Part shown: positions 52,401 through 64,000 of the stretch, in pieces
Numbering within the stretch: the stretch's first letter is position 1
Layout: each line of letters starts with the position of its first letter
NCBI GenBank assembly: GCA_965655095.1
Contig: CBFHFQ010000202.1
Coordinates: forward strand, 1-64,000
From: Haplodiscus bocki
Taxonomy: Eukaryota
Direction of reading: 5' to 3'
Length of the DNA stretch: 64,000 nucleotides
Position numbers and translations under genes: made by a program
Notes under the pieces: generated by a model
What the model saw: only the letters and a program-made list of their open reading frames with translations
What the model was told of the DNA's origin: nothing
Database searches by the model: none

Positions 52401-54700
52401 TTTTGAACAACAGCTTTTACTAATTTTACTCTCATCACAGAAAGCTTACACTTACCAAAATACGACGAAAAACCTTTCCCGATTCTGTTTTCGAGTCCAT
52501 GCGCTCGCTGAAGAAGTTCGGTGTTTTCAGCACCCACAAGGAGACAAGACCGTAACGAAAACTTTGCGGAAGGGTTACCCATAACGCACCAACAACCCAC
52601 AAATCAACTTTTTCTCCGCCACTCTTGAACCGTTCAATTTGTTTCAGTCTCCTGTAGAAGTAAAAAAGTTTACTGATTACTAAGATATATCCAATAAAAG
52701 GACAGAACTCTTCATTAAAGTTTAGAAAAAGTCAATTCCATGGAAAAATTTATTATAGTCGATGGTTCCACTGAATCCTATCAAAAATCACTCAGGTTAA
52801 GTTTATCCCTTTATACAAATCCAATCTCCACAAAAACAAACATTTTACTGATTGCTAAATTTCCAAAAATTTCTTTATTTTGCGTTTTCTTAGAACAGAA
52901 CAAAAAATTGAAACCAACGTGCAACTAGAAAATCGCCCAAACCCATGTTTAATCAGTTTATTCCAAACTCTAATCTCAGAAACAACCAAATTGAAAACCG
53001 TGCGAATACATCAGCAGAACGTAGTCATTACATTGCCCTGAGTTTTGACAGATCTAGAGGTAATTCAACCAACAGACGAAAATATTCATCAAGAGGAACC
53101 TCTCGCAACTCCATGTAAATCGATCGTTCCTTCAAATGAATGTTTTATTCAACCCGTTTCCTCTGAGAAATGACCAACATGAGTCCGTTTGAGGTACGAC
53201 AATTTTCAAACAGACCAAAAAACAAAACAAGTTCCAACTTAGAAAATATTGGCGTTCTCTTTCACGTTCAGATTGGATTCATGGAAATAATTCATTCAAA
53301 AGTTATAATATTCTTCGTCGTCACTGTCAGAAACAAAATCGAATAACTATCAACATCGTTCTAGTGCTCAAGACTTTTCAAAAATTCGCGACACATACGC
53401 TAATTTTTTTTATGAGAGAAACTAAATGTTCAAACACCACCTTTGGAAAGTTTAATATTTTTAAACGTCTTCCCACTCTCTTGAAATGTTTGGAATTCAA
53501 CTCAACATATTGTTAACTGGTGTTTCATTCTTTTATGCTAATAACACAAGAGAAGGTTCTTCGTCTTCAGACTCGGGAAATTAAATGTCAAATTTTTCAT
53601 ATGGCAGCACAAACATCTACGCTTTAAAAATACTCAAATCCAGAGCGATTGCTTATTGATAATCACATCAATGGTTGATCATCAATCGCAGAAAAATTTA
53701 TTCGGGAACCTTTTTGATGAGTTGTTCCGTACTGTAGGATACTAAATTGTCAAACAGATTATAAACAAATAATTGAATTTTTCAGAATCCCTTCTGAAGT
53801 AACTGATAATAAGCACAACACTCTAAGTACTCACTTTTTCAGTATTAAAGATCCTTTCAATCAAGTTTGAAAATAAACTACATTCGTATTAGAAATCACA
53901 GAGCCAGCAAAACTTACGCTAACAAACTTAATTGATTTAAAATCTGTTTTTGACAAACAAGCTTTGTTTTGTTCTATCCTACACCAAATCATTCGAAAAG
54001 TGCGTTGAAACTTCACTCAATTACGGGAAAAGTTATCTTTTTCCCTGTACATAATCTAACTTGAATTTCAAGTCACACGTGTGCGATAACCAAGTTTTTC
54101 TCTCTGTACTTCATGACTTCGTTGAAAACAAGCTTAACCTATCCCGCAACTTCATTGACGTTTTGCCTGGAAACCCAGACAATCTTTATGCTGTCATAAA
54201 GTGAAATTCTACTAACACTCCCACAAAAAATTCATAGATGTTTAGTTGGACATAATGAAATTTAGCAATTTAAGCAAATTCACCCCAATAGAAAAATAAA
54301 GGTGTCAATACCATTGCTCCTAAATTGTTTATTGATCATCTGACGGGTACCGAACATATTCTTCAAGCTATGTTTCCTACGGTGAAAGACTTTACATGAA
54401 ATACCCACTGTTTACCACAATATCTTGACAAAAAAGAATTAAAACCGAATTGGGGCTACTTCTTAACCAAAACTGATTTTTACGCACAACCCGCGTACTC
54501 AACTGAAGAATTTTAATTTATTCATAGTTTAAAATAGGTATCTTCAATTTTCGGATGTTGACTTTTTTCCCTCAAGTAATTTTCCCGGAAACTTCCACAA
54601 TTGTTATGCAATATACGACAACGATGTTGGAAATATTTTCCGGCCAAGTAGAGTTCGCCTTGAAATGGGAAACAGCAGTAAAAACACAAAACTTATCTGA
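49430..54700. mobile_element. Highly decayed retroelement-like debris, unassigned
   Basis: Strand-biased, once-coding-looking sequence (K/E-rich on the minus strand at 49.5-50.4 kb, A/C-rich on the plus strand at 51-54.5 kb). No diagnostic motif was recovered. Confidence 0.25.
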
Positions 54701-57700
54701 AGTTCTTTTTCTTTATCATGAAAAAATAAACTCTCAAAAAGGCAGGCACCCAGGTGTTTAGCACAAGACTCGCGAACGTAGTTAAGTTCTTGAATCGATC
54801 ACTGACCACGTGGTTAAGCAATGCTAGAGAGCATATGTCAAAACACCGAGAGGTTTGTCACAAAACCCAAAAAAGAAAAAAAATAACAGCTGGGATTCAA
54901 CAAAAAGATCAAGATCATTTTCGGTCTCAAATCAGCAAAATCAGTCGAAGTTTCATAAAAGCGTCCTGAGACCAGCACGATCCCAAAAAAGGACAAATAG
55001 GACAATATGTAACGTTTTACAATCAGTTAACCAGGAGATCCTTCCGAAAACCCGTGTTTTTTCGCAGAAATTTTCCGAAGTAGACTTAATTGTTTACATA
55101 CTGTGGAACCCGAAAATCATTTGACCACTAAGGTAACGCCGGAAAGATTAAAGGGGCTCACATTGGAGGCTGTTTTGTCCATGTGATGAGAGTGGCAACA
55201 AATTACCGGGAGAAGCAGAAAATTTTGCAAAAAAAAAATTGCTCTGCCCTTGAAAATCACATCAGCCACACCAACATACTATAACCAAGCGGACCATTGA
55301 AAACTCTCGAGTGTTTCTCTTGGAATTCCAAAGGGAGTTGAGAAACCCCGTCTGATTTTATGCTTGCACAACGGGATGAAATGTCCTCAAAAATATCAAA
55401 AGGTCTTGAGGAAACCTAATCTTTTTGGCAAATTTTGGCAGAACTTATTGAGAAAATTTCATTCAAAGTCAACATTGGCATCGGGAACTCACAACTGTCC
55501 ACCTTGTTCAGTTCATTCCCCACATTAGAAGATATGCATCAATTTGAAGCACGCTGAACGCGGAAGAGTTTAAGGAATGCACGATTTTGCTTGAAAACCT
55601 ACTCTCATCCAAAAAAGAGAGATAACCAAAAGAAGTCGACAAGAAATTGAGTGCAAGCAGCGCTTCAGTTCATTGTTTAGACAGCATTGAAAAGCCACAA
55701 AAACGATATCCGACTATTTCTATTTGGCTCCGCTGGAATTTCGCCGGCAAAAAAGTTTCGGCTCCGGACAAAAATCCGGCCCGGTCAATTACGGGCTTCT
55801 CAATGCAACTAAAGATTAGGCTAACGGGTCTCAGTGAAACTCTAACAGAAAAAAGTTGTCAAATTAACAGAGCCCGTGGGCAAGCTGTACATCACCAATT
55901 GGTTTTCATATTTTAATTTTTTTCTGCTCCTCGCAGGCAAAAACAGGCCGAGAAATCATTTCTGACAAAAATTTTCACAACAAGCTACTCATCGGAATTG
56001 TTTTTTATCGATTAGTGCAAAAACAGTAGCATTCTTAGGCTCACTCTAAAGACAGGACTCTAAAAGATGGATTTTAATGTCTGAAAAATCCACAGATAGA
56101 AACATTCACCAAAACAGTCGCCGAAAATTATTTAAAGGCCGCCTAATTGCTGCGATATGATAGATCATGAACTTGTGGTAGTGTTTATCGAAAACTCAGA
56201 TACTCGAGACCATTCGGTGATAGAAGTTTTGATTGCAATAGTTTACATGCAGAGATATGTACTGGACGGGTAACGAACGAAAACAATTTGGCGTGGCCTT
56301 GTGTGGATAGGTTTTGCTCCACCCGCCAAAATGTAAGGACTTTTGACACTTTGGCTTGACACATGATGATCCCAACTACTGTCGTTCATCATGTGGTGTG
56401 TAAAACTGACAAAATTGAGTCAAGCTGCTATATTTTCAAACCTTTCTCCTGTTGTCCAGGGAAACCACAATCAACTCTGCTTCAAAAGATTCTCCTTTCA
56501 AAACAAAAACTGAAAAATCTATCGAGCCCTCCCCAAATGAATTTTTCCGAATGAGTTCGTGTGGATAAAAATAGTAAGTCAGCCGTTCGATTAAAGCGTG
56601 AACATGCAGATGTTCCGATTTTACAAATATCTACTTCATCAGGATTCTCTTCTTCTGAACTAATTTCTGCTTTAATTCGTTGATTTTAAGGTCGGAAGTG
56701 ACAAGTATACTCGTTCACAGAAAAGTCACCTCGCTTCAAACACTCAATTGATGCAGATTCTTCATTGTTGAGTACTATCGACATTGTATTTTTATTTCAC
56801 CTTGAAAACCATATCTCCTATTTAAGTATTGAGACGCAAGATGAAATTGAAAAAAAAACATCCTAGATATTGCTTCTTTTCCTGAAGAAGAAGACGAAAT
56901 TCTGTTTCAAGCAAATGTCTGTCGAAAATCGAGCAAAAAGCAACATAAAATTAAACTTGTTCATTCCAAACTATCTGCAAGACCCAACTTATAACACTCG
57001 AAAATTAAAAATGTTTTTACAAAATGACGGTATGATGAAAACTTACTCATCTTCTTTTAGGGACATACAGTTTTTGCTGAAACGTGTTTCGAAATCACAT
57101 CACGATGATGTTCCTTTTGTTTTGTTGAATTGGAGAAACAACGGTCAGAAAAGGTTTTTCTTTGCAATATTGAATTAACAACAGCAAACTTTGCAATCAA
57201 TCTATACCACTGTGTTTGCGTCACTTACTTGTTTTGGATGTGTTTTTACTAAAATAGAATCGATCGACAAAAAACAAACCAAAAATGAAAGTTGACATCT
57301 TGAATTCTCGAGTCTAGCCACCTAGAAACAAAAATTACCGATTTGTAATCTTAGGTTGAGAAGACTTGAAAGCTTTCTCAAAGTCCATGAAAAGTTTATG
57401 ACAGGCCTCAACTTCTTTATCACAATGTTGAGTGATCAGCGATCAACCTTTTTTGCCTGTGTTTATGAAGGTGATCCTCATCCTAGATCTTATCGAAATC
57501 AATTGTCATTTATTGTTTTCAGTCATTTGAATAATGTATGGACACGCAAATAGATATGGAAGGTGGGGGCCTGTAAAAGTTGCGTTTTCACGAAAAACTA
57601 TCTGGTCATTCATCGCCTAAACCGTAAACATTTGCCACACCAAGTTTGATTCGCCCTTACATATTTCACAAACGAACAAACAACAACCATACATAGTATA

Positions 57701-58299
57701 GGACCATAAAGTATGAAGAAGTCACTTCATGGAAAGAATCAATCAGTTGCAATCATGGCCGTTGTTGAACATGACCCTTTTTCGATTAGCTTGATTGAGA
57801 ATAGAAAAGAGACTATCGCTACACTTTTTGGCTCATATATTGGAATCTGAAGTCCTTTATCAACCCTGCTGTAGGAGCCCACTGAAAAGAAAAGACACTG
57901 CTTCAACAATTCAAGTTTTTAAAAGGAGCTGATGTTTGAAGTTACAAAAATGACCAAACTTCGGAACGAGCTCCTAAAACTCTAATAAAACTGGAAATAA
58001 CGAACAAAGTTGACAAAACCAAGTTTTAAGTTGGTGCTGCTCCTTACCACTGCGTTACCAATACATGGGTTATGTAAGCAAACGTACCCTGGAAACTTCA
58101 ACTTAAACTAACAAAATCAAAAACTATTCAATAGCAACCTTCAAATCACACTTTCGGCAGACACTTATCTTGACAAAATCTCCTTTTCAGCTCCAACCTT
58201 TTCGATTATAAAGAGTACTTAGAAAACCGTTCTTACTCATCAAAACAGAAACAACTGTTTTATCACTGCCTCATTGTGAAAAGATTGACCCTTTTAGGA

Positions 58300-61200
58300 A
58301 AACTCTTTTCTTTGTTTAACCATTTAGCCAACTTTGACAGATTAAACGCTGGCATTTGTGCCAACTCGTTTCAATCTGAATCTTTTCTACAAAGCATCCT
58401 CCCAAAAAATATCGACTAATTATTAGAAAGGTTGTTCAGCCATTAAGTACAACCGAAAAAATCCTCAAGAAGAAACTCGATGTTTAGCTAACATATAGTT
58501 TTTGACATCAGCCATTTTTTTCAACTGTTAAAGATATATTATGTTATTTTCCGCACATCCGTTAAACAAAATGACTGCAATAAAGAAAAGGAACTAGAAA
58601 AAAAGCTTTATCTCATTTTAAAAAAAAACATCTAATCAACCGAATCCATTTCTACTATCATCCACAAATGCCTCGATTATCAAAGGTAAAACACAATTTT
58701 ATGTACAAAGGCAAATTTCTTAAACACGATTTCTCTTTCCTGAAGCACCTTTTTTGATTTCGAATCGACAATATTACTGGAGGTCCTTTTTTTCCATCAT
58801 CAAATGATTACATCTACATTCATGACATTTTTGACGCCTTCAGTACTTTTATAGATGTTGTTCCCACCATTGACAGCAATGGGAAGACCAACGCGGTAAA
58901 ACCTTTTAACCTTTGGATTTTGCTTTTAGGGTCCATTAAACTTTTGGTCTCTGAGGGTTTTGCCGAAATTAGTAACACAAATGTATTGCTAAATATTGCA
59001 ATTAGTTTGACATTTACCACGCACAAAGTAATCCATATATTTTAGAAGCCAAGCAGGTGCACGAAATTCAAAACTAAACCAGTGTAACTCAAAGTAGTTT
59101 TTTCCGAAACGAATTAAGTGAAATAGAATTTTTCGAGTCCAAATGTTTGATCACGTTCGAACTACACAACCAATTGCGAAATTGTTTCTTTCAAACTGTG
59201 GCGGTAAGTTCTTTCTGGACGGCTGAGGTAGTTCAGTTTTTTTTCTAAACCTAAAAGGCATTATTAGAAGCACATAAACGTCTCAATCTTTGTCTGATTA
59301 AAAAAATCACTCAGTATCGAAAATCAAAAATGAAGCCTTTCATTCTCCATTCTGTTGAAACCTATTCCAGATTGGTTTTCAGCTGAAGGGATGAAATCTA
59401 TTCTGTAAAATTATAGGAGGAAAAACTCAAAATCTTTCCAGCTTACTTCCAAAGACATTATGAAGATACCGTTTCCTGCGGGAAAATAGAAACAAAATCT
59501 TTGAGTTTCTTAAAAACTTTAAAACCGGCCCATCTTTCGAAAAATTGATACTTCCCAGTAAATTACTGTCCAAAAAAGGAGAAATGTAGCTTGTTAACCA
59601 TTTTTTGAACTCTCTTCAGGGTTCCACTTTTCAGCTCCAAACGAGCTTCCTAATACGGTCCGCAAAAAAGTAACTTTTTTCCATTGTATCAAGTGTTACG
59701 ATTCTACTCTCCCATTTCAGTGGTTGCTCACAATTTATAATTGATCAGAACGCCCCATCTTAACCTGATACCAATCAGAGTCTTCGATCATCAATCTTAA
59801 ATGATGACCCCCGTACACGTGAGACTCTACTGACTGAGTTTCTATGACTTGCAAGTCCTTCAAGATCCATTAATAATTTTTTTCTATTGTGATATTTCAA
59901 TTCGAAGCTGGGAATAATAGCGTTAACAATTATATCACAAATTGCTGAATTCAACATAAGTGACAATCACCATCAAAAAAACTCATATCCTTCCAACATA
60001 TTGAAACAACCTACTTCCTACAATCAAAACTTGGTAAAGTTCAAGGAGTTTTCCTTCCAACCACTGAGACTTCTGATATTTGATGATACCTCTGTCATTT
60101 GACAAATTTCTGTGGAGTGAAAAAACGTTGCGTTACAACTTCGATTCTTCTGAGAGAACTGCTTTTGATCAATAACAAAACTTACATCAATGTAATTCGG
60201 AAATTGTTTTCAGAATTTTCCTCGAACCATTCTTCTCGCAGTTGCCATCTTAGCCATAAACCAGTCAACTCGCATACCAACTTTTTTTTGTCTCTGATAC
60301 CGACATCTTGGTTACTTCCACAACACATAAAAACACCCTATTACCATCTGCTACTCCCAAAACCCACCTTTCACAGGTTATTAGACCAATGGCAACCAGG
60401 CTAATAACTAGTACAACTCCAAGTATTTCAACAAAAAATTCACAAATTACCATTCACTTTCATTATGGTTCTTCTGTAAACACATTTTCGATCACCTTCT
60501 TTATACCTAATCAAATTTTTGCAATCAAACCCAGTACTTCTTTTTCTGATCTTCAAAGCGCTCACCTTGTTTCGACTGCTTCTTCATATTTACTTCCTCT
60601 CCTGCGCTATCGATTTCGTTTCACAATCTGAGGCCAGATTCCCTTTAACCATCTCCTATTCAAACTGTTAAAACACATAAAAACTGGCTGTACTAACACA
60701 TGAACAAACCAATTGAAAATTTTTACCCAAATGAAGAAGAGACTCAGAATTCATCAACATCTTTAGATGAGAATAGTTTTTCCGTCAATGCATTTCTAAG
60801 TTTGTTCCGCAGTACACATTGCTTCCCGTTCTCCTCGTTATCTTGACCTACAATCTGGAACTTCTCCATGACAACGTGTATCGGGTTTTCTTAATAAATT
60901 ACAGTGTAAACACTGTTTTCTGTTTTCTCCTCAAACTTAACATTTTATAGCGAGCTCAAGTGTACAACTTTTTCGTTGACCATTTCTCTCAGAACCTTAG
61001 GTTTCTGTCGTTTGCCTTCTTTGCGTTGGACGAAACTTCCCTCGCAACTACAACAAATTCCGTCCTTCTGCACCCTTTTCACGTTTCAGAGAGCCTCCCA
61101 CAATATTCAACTTTTTATCTTCTCACCCCAAATCTCACTCCTATTCAACCTTCTTTTTCACGCTCAGATTTGCCTCAAAATAGCTTTCCTAAAGTCTCTG

Positions 61201-62860
61201 AACGCCTTATTGCTAATTGTCACTGATACTTTTTAGTGTTTCAAACTAGAAACTTTCACCACGCTGAACAAGAGCCCTGACTTTACCATTTAGCTCAACT
61301 TGAACGAATTACTAGCCCTGAACCTTCCACACACCTTTGACAAAAAATATTCCTTCGTCTACAAGCTTGATTTTGTTTATTTGAAATCAAAGACTTGTTG
61401 GTGTCGGTCCTACCTCAAATTACACATCACACCAAACATCATATAGAACAACAGCCAACATTTCAACTTTAACCATTCTCCAATTCACAGATTCTGAAAA
61501 CGCTCCATTTTCGTGAAGTGGGAAATCTGAAACTTTCAAACAAAATCTAAAGCGCCAAAATATCAAAAGGAAAAGTTAGTTTCTACGTTGCAACATCCCA
61601 TACTGCAAAGTTTAATGTTTCTATTCCAAGTGCCACGTACCCGTTACCAGCAATAACTAACAATCATCATTTATCACATTTCACATTTTCGATGTATTGA
61701 GGGAATTTTTTGCCCACAGTTACGACAGTTCCTTTTTTGGACTCAAACATCTATTTGAGTTCGTTCCAAAGGTTGCTTGTCTCTGGCTGCCGAAAATTCT
61801 TACTTTTGTGAAAAACATGAAATTGTGAGACTTCACATGGCATGATTCACTCAATTATGATTGCACTCGCCAAAATTGAAAAAACAAATTTTATTCTATT
61901 TCTTATCTAGAGATAAATACAAGCACCTGCGACATCAAACATCCTCGCGCATTCACCAAGGTCTATGCTCTCACTGAAATCAATCAATTCATTACTTGAA
62001 TTGCGAAACTATAAGGAACACGTTTTTGATGCCACTCTTCATCAGTTTTTTTACAAAAATGAACTGTAAAATGTTTCAAATTAAGATTTCGATTTTAATT
62101 GGCAATTACAACACCCAATTTATCCAGTACAAACTTTCAAAAAAGCGGCGATTTTCACAACCACCTCTTCGGACGTACTATTGGAATTGGGCAAAGTCCT
62201 TTTTGTGTTTCCTCCTTTTTTCTTATGTTTTTGGGATACCTTCCTGTAACATCTAAAAGTTATTCCAGATACGGCAATAGTTTTGGAGGCCGTGTGAATT
62301 GTGAAAGCTAGAAAGTAAAGTTTTTCAAGAAGGTTCGAAATGTAAAAAAGTCTGTACACTATCATGGGAATAATTTTGCACGCCTCTATGAAAATGAGTT
62401 TTCTAAATCAAATAATAAATGTTGTTGACGCTTCTTTGGTTCTGTGAAGACCTATGTTTGATGTTTCAAACGCAAAACTTTTTTGCGGAGTGAATAAACT
62501 CCACTGCGTCTATTGGTTAGAAGCACATCGTTTCTTTTTTGACACACAATGGAACCCGATTTCCACTCAAAGTTCTCAATATAGTCATAACACCAAATCT
62601 TACCTAATAAAATTAAAAAACAGGAATTATTTCACCGCACTGAAGTCAAAACGAAATGTTGAAAGTTATGTCAAGGCTCATTATCCCTACCTGCTCGTCA
62701 CATATTGGGGAAAAAATAAAGTTTCGACTGGTTACAAAAAGTTCTCCATGTTACCACAAGGCAAAACATTGGAACATCGTACTGACCAACCACTTAATCG
62801 ACCACTCATTCGTTTTTTGGTAATTGATCAAACTTTACAATTTACAGCTAATTAAAAGAA
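58300..62860 (+). mobile_element. Very decayed Gypsy-like remnant: integrase core at ~58700-59090 plus a long downstream ORF remnant
   Basis: GPFFPSSNDYIYIHDIFDAFSTFIDVVPT...LWILLLGSIKLLVSEG matches the retroviral integrase core pattern (GP..PSS.G..YI.V..DAFS.F......W...FG.P..LV.D.G). Confidence 0.6.
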
Positions 62861-64000
62861 ACTTTTTGCCAGTGTTGTGTTTGACACGCATATCTTAACC
62901 AATTTTGAATATGCTTCCACCCTCATTTCGAAAATCACGTGTGGAACCTGGTGTGGGATTTGTAGTACCCATTTTTTTTGTTTTAATATTATTGTAACCT
63001 TGATCTGTATTATGCACCTTCCATTTGCGATTTAACGTTACGTATTTAATAGCTGAAAATAGGTTGATGGTCAGAAATGAGGATATAAGTCAATCATATT
63101 TGCCATTTTTGCAATGCTGAAATTTGCTGTGTCAGTGCACGTGAATTGAGTGAAATTTATCAGTAAGAATGATACGTGAAAAGTGAATATTGAACTGAAT
63201 AAGCACTACGTTGGAATGTGAACAAGCCGCGGAGCAAGTATTAGTTATTTTGGAACGACCTTGTCACGTGTATTAACATAGCAAAGCAACAGCAGCATAA
63301 ATTTTAAAAGTTGGTCTAATTCGAACCCCAACTTTGACGCCCATTTTCTCGAAGACTATTATAGATAGAGCAAAACGGTTTTCACCAATGAAAACTACAT
63401 TCCGAGACGAACAAGTTGGGTGATTTTCACCGCATTCTGAAAATTAAAAGTTGTCGAAAAATTAAAACGAAAATTATTACGGTCCGGAAAATGGTAAAAT
63501 CGTGATTTCGCAGTTCAGTTGCACCTTTAGAAGCGTATAAAAGTGAAAGCGGAGTGGACACAAATTGTTATGAATACAATAGGAATACAATAGGAGTGAT
63601 TTTGGAATGAATTTTGGCCACGCGCACGGCCGCCACCACCCCACGTATTAGCATATTTACGCTCTCGCTGCTCAAAATTAGACCTGTTTTTTTAATGTTC
63701 CCCAATGTTTGCAGGCTTAATTCTCAAAGATGAAAAAAGATATCGACAAACGGTTTTCACCATTGTAAAATACATCCATAGGAAAGCTTAAGTTTGGAAT
63801 ATGAGCAAAATCGGACGAATTTAAGATATTGAAAAATTGAAGTAACCGGAAAGTGCACTCCGGAAATTACCAAATTGAGTTCAGTTAAAAATTTATTCTG
63901 AGCAAACCACGCATCAAAAAAGGCTCGTATTAGTCTTAAACGGAAGATATTTGAATGGACTAATGTCCCTGAAAAAGTGAATTGATTATATTCGGCCATT

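Noticed and set aside
55100-58100. Possible Polinton capsid or DNA-transposase remnants
   Set aside because: Manual translation on both strands gave no diagnostic motif.

Overview
AT-rich eukaryotic (invertebrate-like) genomic DNA with two 200-N scaffold gaps. No prokaryotic-style genes, rRNA, tRNA or CRISPR array were found. The window is almost entirely nested retroelements. (1) Three decayed + strand CR1/L2-like LINEs. (2) A young, full-length, TSD-flanked - strand LINE (34199-38940) with three ORFs: an SGNH-esterase-like ORF0, a PHD ORF1 and an APE-RT ORF2. (3) A decayed ~14.3-kb LTR-bounded Ty3/Gypsy element (about 16185-30500) with gag, pol, a TARG1/DarG-type macrodomain, an antisense accessory ORF and a class I fusion (env/F-like) gene. 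(4) A second, - strand Gypsy with non-env accessory ORFs, interrupted by a 2.5-kb LTR-like unit that carries a decayed intron-containing gene. (5) A further very decayed Gypsy remnant, a dispersed non-autonomous repeat family, and a few candidate host exons near the left end. All assignments come from manual translation and motif recognition; no database searches were run.
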